64,000 nt of DNA from an archaeon (GCA_024276825.1 JAJRWI010000079.1:1-64000); one strand, 5' to 3'; numbered from the stretch's first letter, positions 39,826-49,581 are shown. A program made the numbers and translations. The notes: generated by a model not told the origin, from the letters alone.

Positions 39826-39892
39826 CAAATGAACAATTGAAACACGCTCTACGATTCGATTTGTGGAGGCTATCAGTGGCAGAACAAAATGT

Positions 39893-41578
39893 CTAGAATA
39901 TCTTTGGTTCTTCCCATTCACCCCAGATTTCTCTCCAGACATCACATATCTCGCCGACGGACGCATAGGCCTTCACGGCCTCTACAATGTGAGGCATGAC
40001 ATTGTCGGTTCCTTCGGATGCCTTTCTCAGTGCGTCAAGGGTTTCCTGTACACGTTGGTTGTCGCGTTCCTTGCGGACCTTGTTCAAGCGAGCGACCTGT
40101 TTCTTCTCAACCTCAGGATCAATCTTGAGAACTGGGATGCTCAGGTCTTCGCCCTCAAGAACAAAATCATTAACTCCGACGATTATTCGCTTCTTGGTCT
40201 CAATCTCGCGTTGGTACCTATAGGCGGACTCTGCAATCTCCCTCTGGAAGAAGCCCTTCTCAATAGCAGCGATCACACCGCCCATTGCTTCAACTTTATC
40301 GAAGTACTTGTAGGTCTCTTCTTCCATCTGATTGGTCAGCCATTCGATGTAGTAAGAGCCGCCGAGAGGATCTATCGTGTTAGCAACCCCGCTTTCATAG
40401 GCAAGCACCTGTTGCGTTCTAAGTGCAATACGGACAGCATCCTCGGTTGGGAGACACCAGGCCTCATCCATGCTGTTTGTGTGCAGTGATTGAGTCCCTC
40501 CGAGAACTGCAGCCAGTGCTTGATATGCAGTCCTGACAATGTTGACTTCTGGCTGCTGTGCAGTAAGCGAGCATCCAGCAGTCTGTGTATGGAAGCGCAT
40601 CCAGAGTGAGCGTTTCTTCTTGGCTCCAAAGCGCTCTTTCATCTCACGAGCCCATATCCTTCGAGCAGCACGATATTTTGCAATCTCCTCGAATATGTCA
40701 TTGTGTGCATTGAAGAAGAATGAGAGGCGTGGTGCGAAAGCATCCACATTAAGACCATGATCAATACCAACCTGTACATAGGTCAGACCGTTGAGAAGTG
40801 TGAATGCCAGTTCCTGAACTGCAGTGGATCCAGCCTCACGAATGTGATAACCACTAATGGAGATAGTGTTCCATCTCGGGATGTTATTAGCACAGTACTC
40901 CATAATATCGCCAATTATTCGAAGAGACTGTTCAGGAGGATATATCCAGCTCTTCTGAGCCATGTATTCTTTTAAGATGTCATTCTGAATTGTGCCGCCA
41001 ATCTGAGTGGGTGCAACACCCTGCTTTTGAGCAGCAACCATGTACATTGAAAGAAGAATAGATGCAGGAGCATTGATAGTCATTGATGTTGTTACCTTGT
41101 CAAGTGGAATCCCATCAAACAGGATTTCCATGTCCTTGAGTGTGTCAACAGCCACACCGAGTTTACCAACCTCGCCAAGTGCAAATGGATGATCCGAATC
41201 TCTGCCGTAAATCGTAGGCAGGTGAAACGCCACGCTCAGCCCAGTCTGACCGTTGGCAAGGAGAAACTTGTACCGGGCATTCGACTCCTCGGCAGTGCCC
41301 ATACCTGCAAACTGTCGCATTGTCCAAATTCTGCCCCTGTACATAGTGGGCTGAACACCACGAGTATATGGATAATCGCTTGGAAATCCGAGGTCTCGGA
41401 GGTAATCTAAATCGGGAACATCAAGGGGCGTGTATAGTCGATTTATTGGACGGCTAGAGGTTGATATGAATTCTGTCAGTCTCTCGGGGTGCTTCTCAAG
41501 ATGTGGTCTTAGAGTTTCTGACTCCCACTTGTCTTTTGCTTCGCGAATCTTTTCAAGACGCTCATTTAAGCTTCCCAA
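39893..41578 (-). CDS. icmA: Acyl-CoA mutase large subunit, isobutyryl-CoA mutase-like
   Basis: WTMRQFAGM (Phe) and [10 protein letters not shown] (Gln) replace the Tyr/Arg pair of methylmalonyl-CoA mutase. Confidence 0.75.
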   Translation of the reverse strand: MGSLNERLEKIREAKDKWESETLRPHLEKHPERLTEFISTSSRPINRLYTPLDVPDLDYLRDLGFPSDYPYTRGVQPTMYRGRIWTMRQFAGMGTAEESNARYKFLLANGQTGLSVAFHLPTIYGRDSDHPFALGEVGKLGVAVDTLKDMEILFDGIPLDKVTTSMTINAPASILLSMYMVAAQKQGVAPTQIGGTIQNDILKEYMAQKSWIYPPEQSLRIIGDIMEYCANNIPRWNTISISGYHIREAGSTAVQELAFTLLNGLTYVQVGIDHGLNVDAFAPRLSFFFNAHNDIFEEIAKYRAARRIWAREMKERFGAKKKRSLWMRFHTQTAGCSLTAQQPEVNIVRTAYQALAAVLGGTQSLHTNSMDEAWCLPTEDAVRIALRTQQVLAYESGVANTIDPLGGSYYIEWLTNQMEEETYKYFDKVEAMGGVIAAIEKGFFQREIAESAYRYQREIETKKRIIVGVNDFVLEGEDLSIPVLKIDPEVEKKQVARLNKVRKERDNQRVQETLDALRKASEGTDNVMPHIVEAVKAYASVGEICDVWREIWGEWEEPKIF

Positions 41579-41676
41579 GGATATTCACTCCTGCATGCTG
41601 AGTTGTGATAACAACATTGTTAAAGTCTTATGGTTGCTGAGTGAGTTATTTGAAGACATGTTTGCGACAAGATTAA

Positions 41677-42558
41677 GTGCATTCATACAATCAACTCACA
41701 ATTGGTGATCTTATGAGTGACAGACCAACATTTCTTACAGTGACCTATTCCGACTCTGGACTTACCACAATGGGTCATGAGAAGAAAATGATTCGCGAGA
41801 AGGATGTTAAGTTTGACAATGAAGACGGAATTCTCGAGTTGACAGATGTTCGTATTGTGTGGTATAAGAAGCCAAAGAAGAGTCGATTTGGCGGACTTGG
41901 AGGATTAGGCGCTGTTGCAGGAGCCATCGCAGGAGCTGTTGCTGCTGATGTTATCGGGTCAAGTATAGGAGGCATTGGAGGAAGAGCAATAAGGCGTGCA
42001 GGTCATGCTATGGCCAATGCCGCTATTGGCGCAGCTGTCTATTCATGGACTGCAGAACAATTCTACAACAAGGGACCAAACGGCGAAACTGAAAGTCTGG
42101 CAGTCCCACTGATTGCCATAAGTAATGCGCAGCAGAGCGGCAAGAACCTAGTGATTGAGCTTGCATCTGGTGGAACCATGATTTTCAGCTTCAAACAGCC
42201 AAAGGTCATTCCTGCATTGATTGCAAACATCAGGTCAGCTCAAGATGAGGGTAAGTGTCCATATTGTGGTGCCAGTGCAAAGAACGCTGCACAATGTCCA
42301 AATTGTGGGGCCCAGCTTGGTGGTTCAGGTGTCATTGATGCACCATCTGAAAGTCCAGTAGGGGACATGCCAACAGGCTCTGTTCATATCACTGTACATG
42401 AGGAAGGCGGCGTTAGAAAAGCCACAGTACGAAGTGCTGATGGTGAGATGCATGTTGAGGTCCATGAGGGCAGTGGGAGTTTCTACTGTCCAAATTGTGG
42501 ACAGCAATTAGCAGCTGGTTCTAGATTCTGCAATAAGTGTGGATACAAGGTCGCATAA
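41677..42558 (+). CDS. PH-like domain with glycine-zipper insertion and zinc ribbons
   Basis: GILELTDVRIVW, GxxxG-rich stretch, CPYC..CPNC and CPNC..CNKC; start probably 41713. Confidence 0.7.
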   Translation: MHSYNQLTIGDLMSDRPTFLTVTYSDSGLTTMGHEKKMIREKDVKFDNEDGILELTDVRIVWYKKPKKSRFGGLGGLGAVAGAIAGAVAADVIGSSIGGIGGRAIRRAGHAMANAAIGAAVYSWTAEQFYNKGPNGETESLAVPLIAISNAQQSGKNLVIELASGGTMIFSFKQPKVIPALIANIRSAQDEGKCPYCGASAKNAAQCPNCGAQLGGSGVIDAPSESPVGDMPTGSVHITVHEEGGVRKATVRSADGEMHVEVHEGSGSFYCPNCGQQLAAGSRFCNKCGYKVA

Positions 42559-42564
42559 GCAAGA

Positions 42565-42586
42565 GAGGTGGATGTAACTCCACCTC
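42565..42586. terminator. Hairpin between convergent genes
   Basis: GAGGTGGA-TGTAAC-TCCACCTC. Confidence 0.5.
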
Positions 42587-42596
42587 ATTCTATTCT

Positions 42597-43160
42597 TTAG
42601 AACTCAATACCGCGTCGGGCAAGAATCTTTTTTGACCCAAAATAGTGTTTCACCTCACGCATCTCAGTTACAAGGTCAGCGGCATCAATCACTTCTTGAC
42701 GAGCATATCGTCCCGTCATTACTAGTTCCACATCGTCAGGTTTCATCTCTATCAGCCCTAGCTGGTCCTCCAAGGATATCAGGTTCCACTCAACTGCGAC
42801 ATTGATCTCATCAAGTATCAGCAGGTCGCATTCATGTTCCTTCAAGGCATCTTGGGCCATCCTCAGACCATTTTGGGCCATTTTGATGTCAACAGGGTCA
42901 GGGTTCTCTTTGTCAACAAAGGACTGGCGGCCAACAGGGATAATTGTGAAGTTCGAAATCTTATCGGCTGATGCAAACTCGCCATAGTTCACCTCAACCC
43001 CATCTCCGCGTTCAGCCACCTTTGCCTTCATGAAACAAATCATCAAGACTTTCAGTCCATGACCTGCTGCTCTGAATCCAAGGCCTAGAGCGCATGTCGT
43101 CTTGCCCTTCCCATTTCCAGTATAGATATGGACCTGTCCCTTGATCTCTGGCTTCTTCAT
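42597..43160 (-). CDS. btuR: Cob(I)alamin adenosyltransferase (CobA/BtuR/CobO)
   Basis: YTGNGKGKTT, LILDEI, VMTGR, ADLVTEM, KH, GIEF. Confidence 0.95.
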   Translation of the reverse strand: MKKPEIKGQVHIYTGNGKGKTTCALGLGFRAAGHGLKVLMICFMKAKVAERGDGVEVNYGEFASADKISNFTIIPVGRQSFVDKENPDPVDIKMAQNGLRMAQDALKEHECDLLILDEINVAVEWNLISLEDQLGLIEMKPDDVELVMTGRYARQEVIDAADLVTEMREVKHYFGSKKILARRGIEF

Positions 43161-43169
43161 TTGGATTCC

Positions 43170-43787
43170 TCATTCATGGAGTAGTCTTAGAACAAGTGCC
43201 ATGCGTTCTCCCAGCTTGCGGCTTCCTCGAATTGCAAGTTCATCCTTTTTGGCCGAACGCCAACCTCCCTCATCAGTCTGAAGACTACCAGAACCAAATG
43301 TTCCATCCTTAACAGGGTTTCCAAGAGAACCAATCACAATCATACCATGGGCTATTGCATAACGGTTGAGCAGATCAATCACAGGTTCTTGGCCACCATA
43401 CCTGAGCCCTGCATATGTTATGGCGCCGAAGACTTTGTTCTTCAGTTGATGATCTTGCATCTTCATTGGCCGCGAGCGGTCCATGAAGTTCTTAAGTACG
43501 CCTGGCACCGAGGTGAAATAGGAAGGTGCAGCAATGATTATCCCATCAGCCTTGCGGAGTTGCTCTTCAATATCAGGCATATCATCAGACTCGCTCTCGG
43601 GACAAGGATTGCTTCTTACGCAGGCATCACATCCAGTACAGGGGCGAATCTCATGGTCAGATATATTCAACAAGACTGTTGAGATGTTCTGGTCAAATGA
43701 TGAAGCTGCATCAAGAGCCTGCTCAAGAAGAAAGCGTGTGCTTGAACGTTCACTCTTAGGAGACCCACAAATTCCAACGATTAACAT
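43170..43787 (-). CDS. Iron-sulfur flavoprotein / flavodoxin family
   Basis: GSPK, CTGCDAC....C, PSY, LKNFMDR, GGQE. Confidence 0.9.
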   Translation of the reverse strand: MLIVGICGSPKSERSSTRFLLEQALDAASSFDQNISTVLLNISDHEIRPCTGCDACVRSNPCPESESDDMPDIEEQLRKADGIIIAAPSYFTSVPGVLKNFMDRSRPMKMQDHQLKNKVFGAITYAGLRYGGQEPVIDLLNRYAIAHGMIVIGSLGNPVKDGTFGSGSLQTDEGGWRSAKKDELAIRGSRKLGERMALVLRLLHE

Positions 43788-43818
43788 AATGACTCACAAT
43801 ACAATCGGAGTTAATATG

Positions 43819-44577
43819 TCATTTAGCACTTTTGTCCGACTCGTCAATTACCTTCAATAGCTTATGTGCAATGTCTCCAGCCATTGTAGCTGCCTTGATT
43901 GTGCTTCCTTCGGGGTAAGGAGTGACGATGACTGTTAGGGGGCCAGCACGAAAGATCTGATGACTGTATCTTCGAATCTTCAAGGTCTTAGGAATCATGT
44001 CAACATCGCTCCCAAAGATGCCTTTGTACAACTCACGAACTATCTCTTCAAGTAGTGTTTCGGGAAAGTTCCCGCTGACCATCTCATTTCTCATATCGAG
44101 AATTCCAACATATGCAATGTTTGGGTCTTCCAATGTCCTATTGACGAGTGATTCGGCAACTTGCAAGACCCTTTCAGAAGGGGGACTCAGGTCCATGGTC
44201 ACATGTTTGATGAATAATGTGTCCACACCAACAATCTCACCCAGATCACCATCCCATGAGCTGATAATCTTGCCAATCATCAGGGCAATGGAATGGCCCA
44301 ATGCAATCATTCGAGTTGTGAGCATTGCCTGATTCTCATCCTCTGTCACCAGAAAGACAATCACAAATGATTCAAAGAACATATAGGCCCAGACAGTGTC
44401 ATGATATGTGTGCGTGTAGACTTGCTCCAGTTTTGTACTCTTTGAAGAGCTCAATAATGCTATTGCAGCCTGAACATAGGGGGGCAGTGATGGAGAGTCA
44501 TCTCCGAGGGAGGGATCAAATGACTTTGAGAATAAGACATCCCCATTCCTCTTTGTGAGGTATGCTCTGAGAATCAC
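43819..44577 (-). CDS. Putative longin + roadblock two-domain protein
   Basis: N-terminal MILRAYLTKRNGDVLFSKSF (longin-like); C-terminal LEDPNIAYVGILDMRNEMVSG (roadblock-like). Confidence 0.55.
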   Translation of the reverse strand: MILRAYLTKRNGDVLFSKSFDPSLGDDSPSLPPYVQAAIALLSSSKSTKLEQVYTHTYHDTVWAYMFFESFVIVFLVTEDENQAMLTTRMIALGHSIALMIGKIISSWDGDLGEIVGVDTLFIKHVTMDLSPPSERVLQVAESLVNRTLEDPNIAYVGILDMRNEMVSGNFPETLLEEIVRELYKGIFGSDVDMIPKTLKIRRYSHQIFRAGPLTVIVTPYPEGSTIKAATMAGDIAHKLLKVIDESDKSAK

Positions 44578-44691
44578 TTCTTGTCCCCACTTCCATTACT
44601 CAACAAGTCATGCTGACTTAAGCATTGCTTGCATGCATCGCTTTTTCATGGATATGATGCTTTTTTATAGTAACTATTCAAGAAAGGATTT

Positions 44692-45003
44692 GTGGACATT
44701 ATGCCCAGAAGAAAGGAACGCATTAACAGGAATCGATATGATATTTATGCGGAGATCATCAGAGTTGTTCATATATGGGGATACTGTCCATTGACTCGGG
44801 TGGCCAGATCCACGAACCTCCCCGTGGACAGGGCTAAAGACTCGATAGCACTTCTTGTAAAGAAAGGACTGTTAGATGAAGATGAGGAAGAGGGTAGACG
44901 AGTCTACAAGGTCACTGTCCTTGGACATCAATACTTTGAGCTATATAAGAGAATGGCATCACTAGTAGGCATGCCGATGCCCGACCCGATTATAGGAATG
45001 TGA
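44692..45003 (+). CDS. Winged-helix transcriptional regulator
   Basis: RNRYDIYAEII...TRVARSTNL...YKVT..G..Y. Confidence 0.85.
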   Translation: MDIMPRRKERINRNRYDIYAEIIRVVHIWGYCPLTRVARSTNLPVDRAKDSIALLVKKGLLDEDEEEGRRVYKVTVLGHQYFELYKRMASLVGMPMPDPIIGM

Positions 45004-45078
45004 GTAACAATTTGTGACTCCAATTTGTGCTTCTGCTTTATATTACGATAAATTAAAGGTAGTATAGAGGTATAGACA

Positions 45079-46314
45079 ATGACAAGAGTGTTTGAGAAAC
45101 AGGACAAAATAATAATCGGCGTCATTGAGGACGACATTCGAATAAGCAAGTGTGAGCATGTTATTCCCGAAGATGGGACAGATATCATAATTCATGGAAA
45201 CCTTGAGATCAAGGGTGATGTGATATTTGAAGGAACCTTACGAGTTCAGGGTATCACAGGGAAAGCAAAGCACGTGATTGTTGAGGGTGATCTATTTGTG
45301 GAGAATAGTTGCTCCATAGACAAATGTGCTTTGGAAGTTCATGGTCATGCAGAGGCTATCAAGTTCAAAATCGGCTCATCCCTTGTTGTAGACCGGGATC
45401 TAAAATGCTCAACAGCAAGGGCCGGTTCAAAAATAGTTATTGCAGGTAACGCTCAAGCAGACAGTCTGGCAGCTGGCGGTTCGATAGCAATTAAGGGATC
45501 AACAGATGTTGACAGAATGTCAGTAGGAGGGTCCGTTAGACTTCATGGCAAAGTAAACATGGAAAGGTTATCAGTCGGAGGATCTGGAGAAGTCAGAACG
45601 GGTAGGATTGGCAAGGTCTCCATCGGCGGCAGCTTCAAATCAATTGCCGCTGTTGAGGTTGAAGAGATAAGTGTGGGTGGTTCTGTGAGAGTTGGCGAGA
45701 ATTCCAAAATTGAGAGTATTGATGTTGGAGGTTCTTTCAAATCTGAGGGGGGTCTGACCTTTGGAACAATTGATGTTGGGGGTTCTGTCAAGGTCAGCGG
45801 AGATGCAACGGGTGAATCCATTGATGTTGGCGGGAAGCTTGTGGTTGATGGCAACCTTACAATGACTGGCAGCCTTGAAGTTGGTGGGAAAGTCGACGTG
45901 GGTGCAGACCTTAATGTTGATAGGAAGATCAGTGTGGGAGGAACATTGATTGTGGGTGGCACAATTAATGCAGCTAGAATGGCTGTGGGCGGTTCCATTG
46001 AAGCATCGTATATTAGGGTCTCTGACCTCTTTAGAATAGGCAAGAAGGGTTCAGTAGTTGGTTTTGTTGAAGCGGGTGATATTGTGATTCGCGAGAGAGC
46101 AGAAGCTGAATCACTATACGGTGTGAGGATACGCCTTGAAGAGAAATCACGAGTGAAAAATGTCTATGGCAAGAATATCTACATTGAACGAGATGCGCGA
46201 GTCATGGGTCAGATTATATATGCAGATGATATAGTAATTGAAGAGGGGGCAAGGATCAGCTCAGAACCGCTGAAGGTGGAGGAGCTGCCTCCACCTGATG
46301 AGTGTAAGAAGTAA
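45079..46314 (+). CDS. Beta-helix repeat protein (bactofilin/polymer-forming cytoskeletal-like)
   Basis: Many roughly 17-aa repeats of (I/L)xVGGS(V/F). Confidence 0.75.
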   Translation: MTRVFEKQDKIIIGVIEDDIRISKCEHVIPEDGTDIIIHGNLEIKGDVIFEGTLRVQGITGKAKHVIVEGDLFVENSCSIDKCALEVHGHAEAIKFKIGSSLVVDRDLKCSTARAGSKIVIAGNAQADSLAAGGSIAIKGSTDVDRMSVGGSVRLHGKVNMERLSVGGSGEVRTGRIGKVSIGGSFKSIAAVEVEEISVGGSVRVGENSKIESIDVGGSFKSEGGLTFGTIDVGGSVKVSGDATGESIDVGGKLVVDGNLTMTGSLEVGGKVDVGADLNVDRKISVGGTLIVGGTINAARMAVGGSIEASYIRVSDLFRIGKKGSVVGFVEAGDIVIRERAEAESLYGVRIRLEEKSRVKNVYGKNIYIERDARVMGQIIYADDIVIEEGARISSEPLKVEELPPPDECKK

Positions 46315-46396
46315 GATTCAGAGTAGTCCATCTATCAAATTCATTAATTAATAGTGGTCCCATATGAGAATAGAGTGGATTCAGCAGTAGACTTCA

Positions 46397-46606
46397 GACT
46401 CACTGTTGAAACATCTAATTCTATTGACTCTTTAAAAAAAAAGTTATCTTCCAACACACTTCAACTGGTTCAGTCTTTTGATGTTGTGCAGAGCCACTAT
46501 AATCAAGAACTCTCTCCCAGGTTATCTATGCTCTCCTGAAGTCGGCCCGCCTCTAAGCCTCACCATTATTATCTCAGATTTGGTTTCCCCAAGACTTCAC
46601 GTCCAT
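46397..46606 (-). mobile_element. Degenerate IS5-family-like transposase 3' remnant with putative terminal repeat
   Basis: Minus-strand reading *SLGETKSEIIMVRLRGG...*PGREFLIIVALHNIKRLN; CTGTTGAAA end-like motif near 46403. Confidence 0.4.
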
Positions 46607-46612
46607 ATTCGT

Positions 46613-46801
46613 GGGTTGCGCGTAGATGCGTAGAGGTCAGACAAAGTTGGACACCAATCAAAGAATCATCTAAATGATACTCTATGAAATTGTGGGGGGC
46701 CTAAATAGTATCGTGGGAAACAATGGTCTGAAATTTGTCCAATGCCGTTCCTGGAAGGACAGGACTTTAATGTCCAAGACTGTCCAATTTACAATGAACG
46801 G
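46613..46801 (+). repeat. Dispersed repeat ending in the MITE TIR
   Basis: Starts GGGTTGCGCGTAGATGC; ends CCAATTTACAATGAACGG (46784-46801), identical to the MITE TIR. Confidence 0.85.
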
Positions 46802-47019
46802 CAATAGAAGATAAGACAACGAAGCAATAATGAGAATCAAATTAAAATTATTAAATAAACATAGTTACTTTTCACCAATGTTATGCTGCATTTTGCAGTT
46901 TCTAAAGCATCACCTAATTCCTACACCTCTAATACTTGCAAACATTATTTTGAATTTCAGCCATATAATGAAATAAAGACATATATTCTTCATTATACTT
47001 TGCTTTCAACATTAGCCAG

Positions 47020-49350
47020 TTAATGTTTGATGTTCCGCCTTCTTAGATACACAACAGTGATCACAATAAAACCTCCCGAAAATATACCAATAGCCATAAT
47101 GAATGCTTCACTGTTGGAAGGAGTTGTTGTGCTGGGTAAAGTGTTTGTTTCACTAGTCGTTGGAGTTGCGGTGGGTGAGGGAGTCGTAATTGTTGGAAGA
47201 ATAGTGGTTGTGGCAGTAGTTTCATTAACTTCTGCAATTGTGGGTATATGAGGGAAGATATTAATTGAGTAGTTTGGTTGAGGAGGACTCTGAGATATCA
47301 GGAGAAGACGGGTGCCGTTGATGACCACATCTATTGGAAATGACAACACACCATTATCCGAGTGAAAGCTTCCCAATGATAAGTTGGCATCCAAAGAATG
47401 AACCCAGTATTCACCATCACTCAGGTTAAACTTTCTCAGGTCAACTGTATAATTAAGAAACCTTGATTCATTTCTTAGGTTGCATATTCCAGCTATCAAT
47501 GTACCATCATCTACAAGACCCTGAGTAATGATCATATTCTCTGTTGACTCTGTAGATATCGAATTTGTGATGTTGAGAAACTTAGCGAATCTTCGAACTA
47601 TGACCTGGCCCAGATCCCAAAGATCAGTCTCATTATACAGGTCGTAGTTTTCCCATTCAGTGTTGGGCACTGTTGATGAGTGCAAAGCGCCCCAATAAAG
47701 CATCCACCCGCTTGATGGTTCTGATTTGTTATGATAGAGGATCAATGGATATCCATCAACGAGATGACTTGTATTGTTCTCATCGATCCAATAGAAATCT
47801 CCAATTGGATAATAGTCATAAGTCAGATTGTCGAACTGCAGCATGTAGCTCTGATGAAACGGGGCATCATACTCTAGGGCAAGACCCAAGATATTTGAAC
47901 CATCAATTGAAATATTGAGATGTTTCGATATAAAAGACTGAGTCGCATTTACCTCAATGTCATATTTGGAAATGGCTCCATCAGGACTCGATCCTTCGCC
48001 GATGCCCTTTAGGAATAGAAGATTTCCCCCATTTGCTACATATTCATTCAGCTTGTTAATGGTTTCATTGTAGTACCAGCCATCAGTCACTAATACAAGG
48101 GAGTAGTTGGACATATCAATATCAGTCATAGCAAAACAACGTTGGTTGACTAGATCATACTCGGTGAATAAATCATACATGGCCACATTTGGCATTGGCT
48201 CGTCAGTATCAAATCCATTTCCAATTATTAACACTTCAGGTTTCGGAGTGAGTACTGGAAGTTTTGCCAATTGACCTGCAAGATCATTCACATATCTCCA
48301 GAGCCTCTTGCCCATGATGTCTTCTCTGACATGACCAAAAGCCCAATAATAGCTATCATTGTTGACAGGTGCCCAGTCAAAATAGCCCAGCACATCCACT
48401 CCAGACAGATATGAGACCCAAGTCTCCTGACGCATCTGCTCATAGCTGCCCTCATGGTATCGCAGTCCATCACCTGCATCATTGATAAAGTCCCAAATCG
48501 TGCCCCAAATGACCATTTGAAACTCTCTGTCAGGAAGAGTCGTTTTATATCTGCGAGTAGTTTCATACAACAACCAAGGATCATCCTTTGCATAATAGCA
48601 GTCCATGATTTGACCTTCGCCATTTAATTCATAGGGGGCACATAGTTCATCAGACATGCCCCAGACAGGGGGCATCATTGTATATTGGTATATACGTATA
48701 TTTGGAATAATAGATTTTAAATAATCATAAATGAAGTTGTAGGTCCACACGGTCTTCTCATTGAGCCATTCAGTAAAGGACCAGTATTCAGTGAGATTGC
48801 ATTCATATATGGGTTTGAGGTAGAACCCAGTTTCTGAATGATATGTGCTGTTATATTTAGCAATATCGTCTGACACATTTGAGTAGATGTCATTAATCCT
48901 AGTCCATGCAGGCTCTTCATCGCCAATTATGATCCCATAGAGTGAATCGGTGTTCACAGTTCCTGCAGGTTCACTGTCAGGAGGAAAGAAACTTGGAGGA
49001 GTTCCATAAATATTGTAATTAACAAGCTCTTTCAGCCAATTTTGAACAGTTTCATTGTAATAGACATCTAGTGGATTTGATACCTCATCACACCACCATA
49101 AGACTGTCTGAATAATCTTAACACCTGCATTGGCCATTAAGTCAATATATTCAGCATCCAATTCACTGACCTGTCCTGAAAAGCCCCAGTAGGTAAAATT
49201 GCCAATTATTAGATGATCCTGCCAAAACAGGCCACCATGACTCGTACTTATTGCTTGGGCCGGAGCAGGGTGATACGATAGAACAAGTAAAATGATGACC
49301 ATCATCGAAAACAACTGACGAAAGGCAAGATTGCATTGCATAAAATCCAC
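47020..49350 (-). CDS. Membrane-anchored glycoside-hydrolase-like protein
   Basis: Signal peptide, GIIIGDEEP (clan GH-A-like), LNEYVANGGNLL (GATase-like/trimerisation domain), Thr-rich linker, C-terminal TM plus basic tail. Confidence 0.6.
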   Translation of the reverse strand: MDFMQCNLAFRQLFSMMVIILLVLSYHPAPAQAISTSHGGLFWQDHLIIGNFTYWGFSGQVSELDAEYIDLMANAGVKIIQTVLWWCDEVSNPLDVYYNETVQNWLKELVNYNIYGTPPSFFPPDSEPAGTVNTDSLYGIIIGDEEPAWTRINDIYSNVSDDIAKYNSTYHSETGFYLKPIYECNLTEYWSFTEWLNEKTVWTYNFIYDYLKSIIPNIRIYQYTMMPPVWGMSDELCAPYELNGEGQIMDCYYAKDDPWLLYETTRRYKTTLPDREFQMVIWGTIWDFINDAGDGLRYHEGSYEQMRQETWVSYLSGVDVLGYFDWAPVNNDSYYWAFGHVREDIMGKRLWRYVNDLAGQLAKLPVLTPKPEVLIIGNGFDTDEPMPNVAMYDLFTEYDLVNQRCFAMTDIDMSNYSLVLVTDGWYYNETINKLNEYVANGGNLLFLKGIGEGSSPDGAISKYDIEVNATQSFISKHLNISIDGSNILGLALEYDAPFHQSYMLQFDNLTYDYYPIGDFYWIDENNTSHLVDGYPLILYHNKSEPSSGWMLYWGALHSSTVPNTEWENYDLYNETDLWDLGQVIVRRFAKFLNITNSISTESTENMIITQGLVDDGTLIAGICNLRNESRFLNYTVDLRKFNLSDGEYWVHSLDANLSLGSFHSDNGVLSFPIDVVINGTRLLLISQSPPQPNYSINIFPHIPTIAEVNETTATTTILPTITTPSPTATPTTSETNTLPSTTTPSNSEAFIMAIGIFSGGFIVITVVYLRRRNIKH

Positions 49351-49374
49351 AAACTACATAGGAAAGAGAGAGAT

Positions 49375-49575
49375 TTACATTTTTTGGGAGGCAGTGGTAT
49401 CATAGGTAATGACCCAATAAGTGCCATTACAAAGACCAAATCCATTCAGACTAACAGAGTAGTTATGATGTTGTGATTTGTTTCTGAAATTGCAGACTCT
49501 CGCCATAAGAAGTTCATCACCAACAGTACCTTGAATATAATTTTGTATGACTCCACTTTGGACTACATTTGACAA
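49375..49575 (-). pseudogene. Fragment paralogous to the C-terminal domain of 47020..49350
   Basis: QGTVGDELLMARVCNFRNKSQHHNYSVSLNGFGLCNGTYWV aligns with QGLVDDGTLIAGICNLRNESRFLNYTVDLRKFNLSDGEYWV. Confidence 0.75.
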
Positions 49576-49581
49576 TAAGGG

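Noticed and set aside
46745-46801. Hairpin as a SECIS element
   Set aside because: No neighbouring gene has an in-frame TGA at a Cys position, and the sequence is the end of a TIR-bearing repeat.
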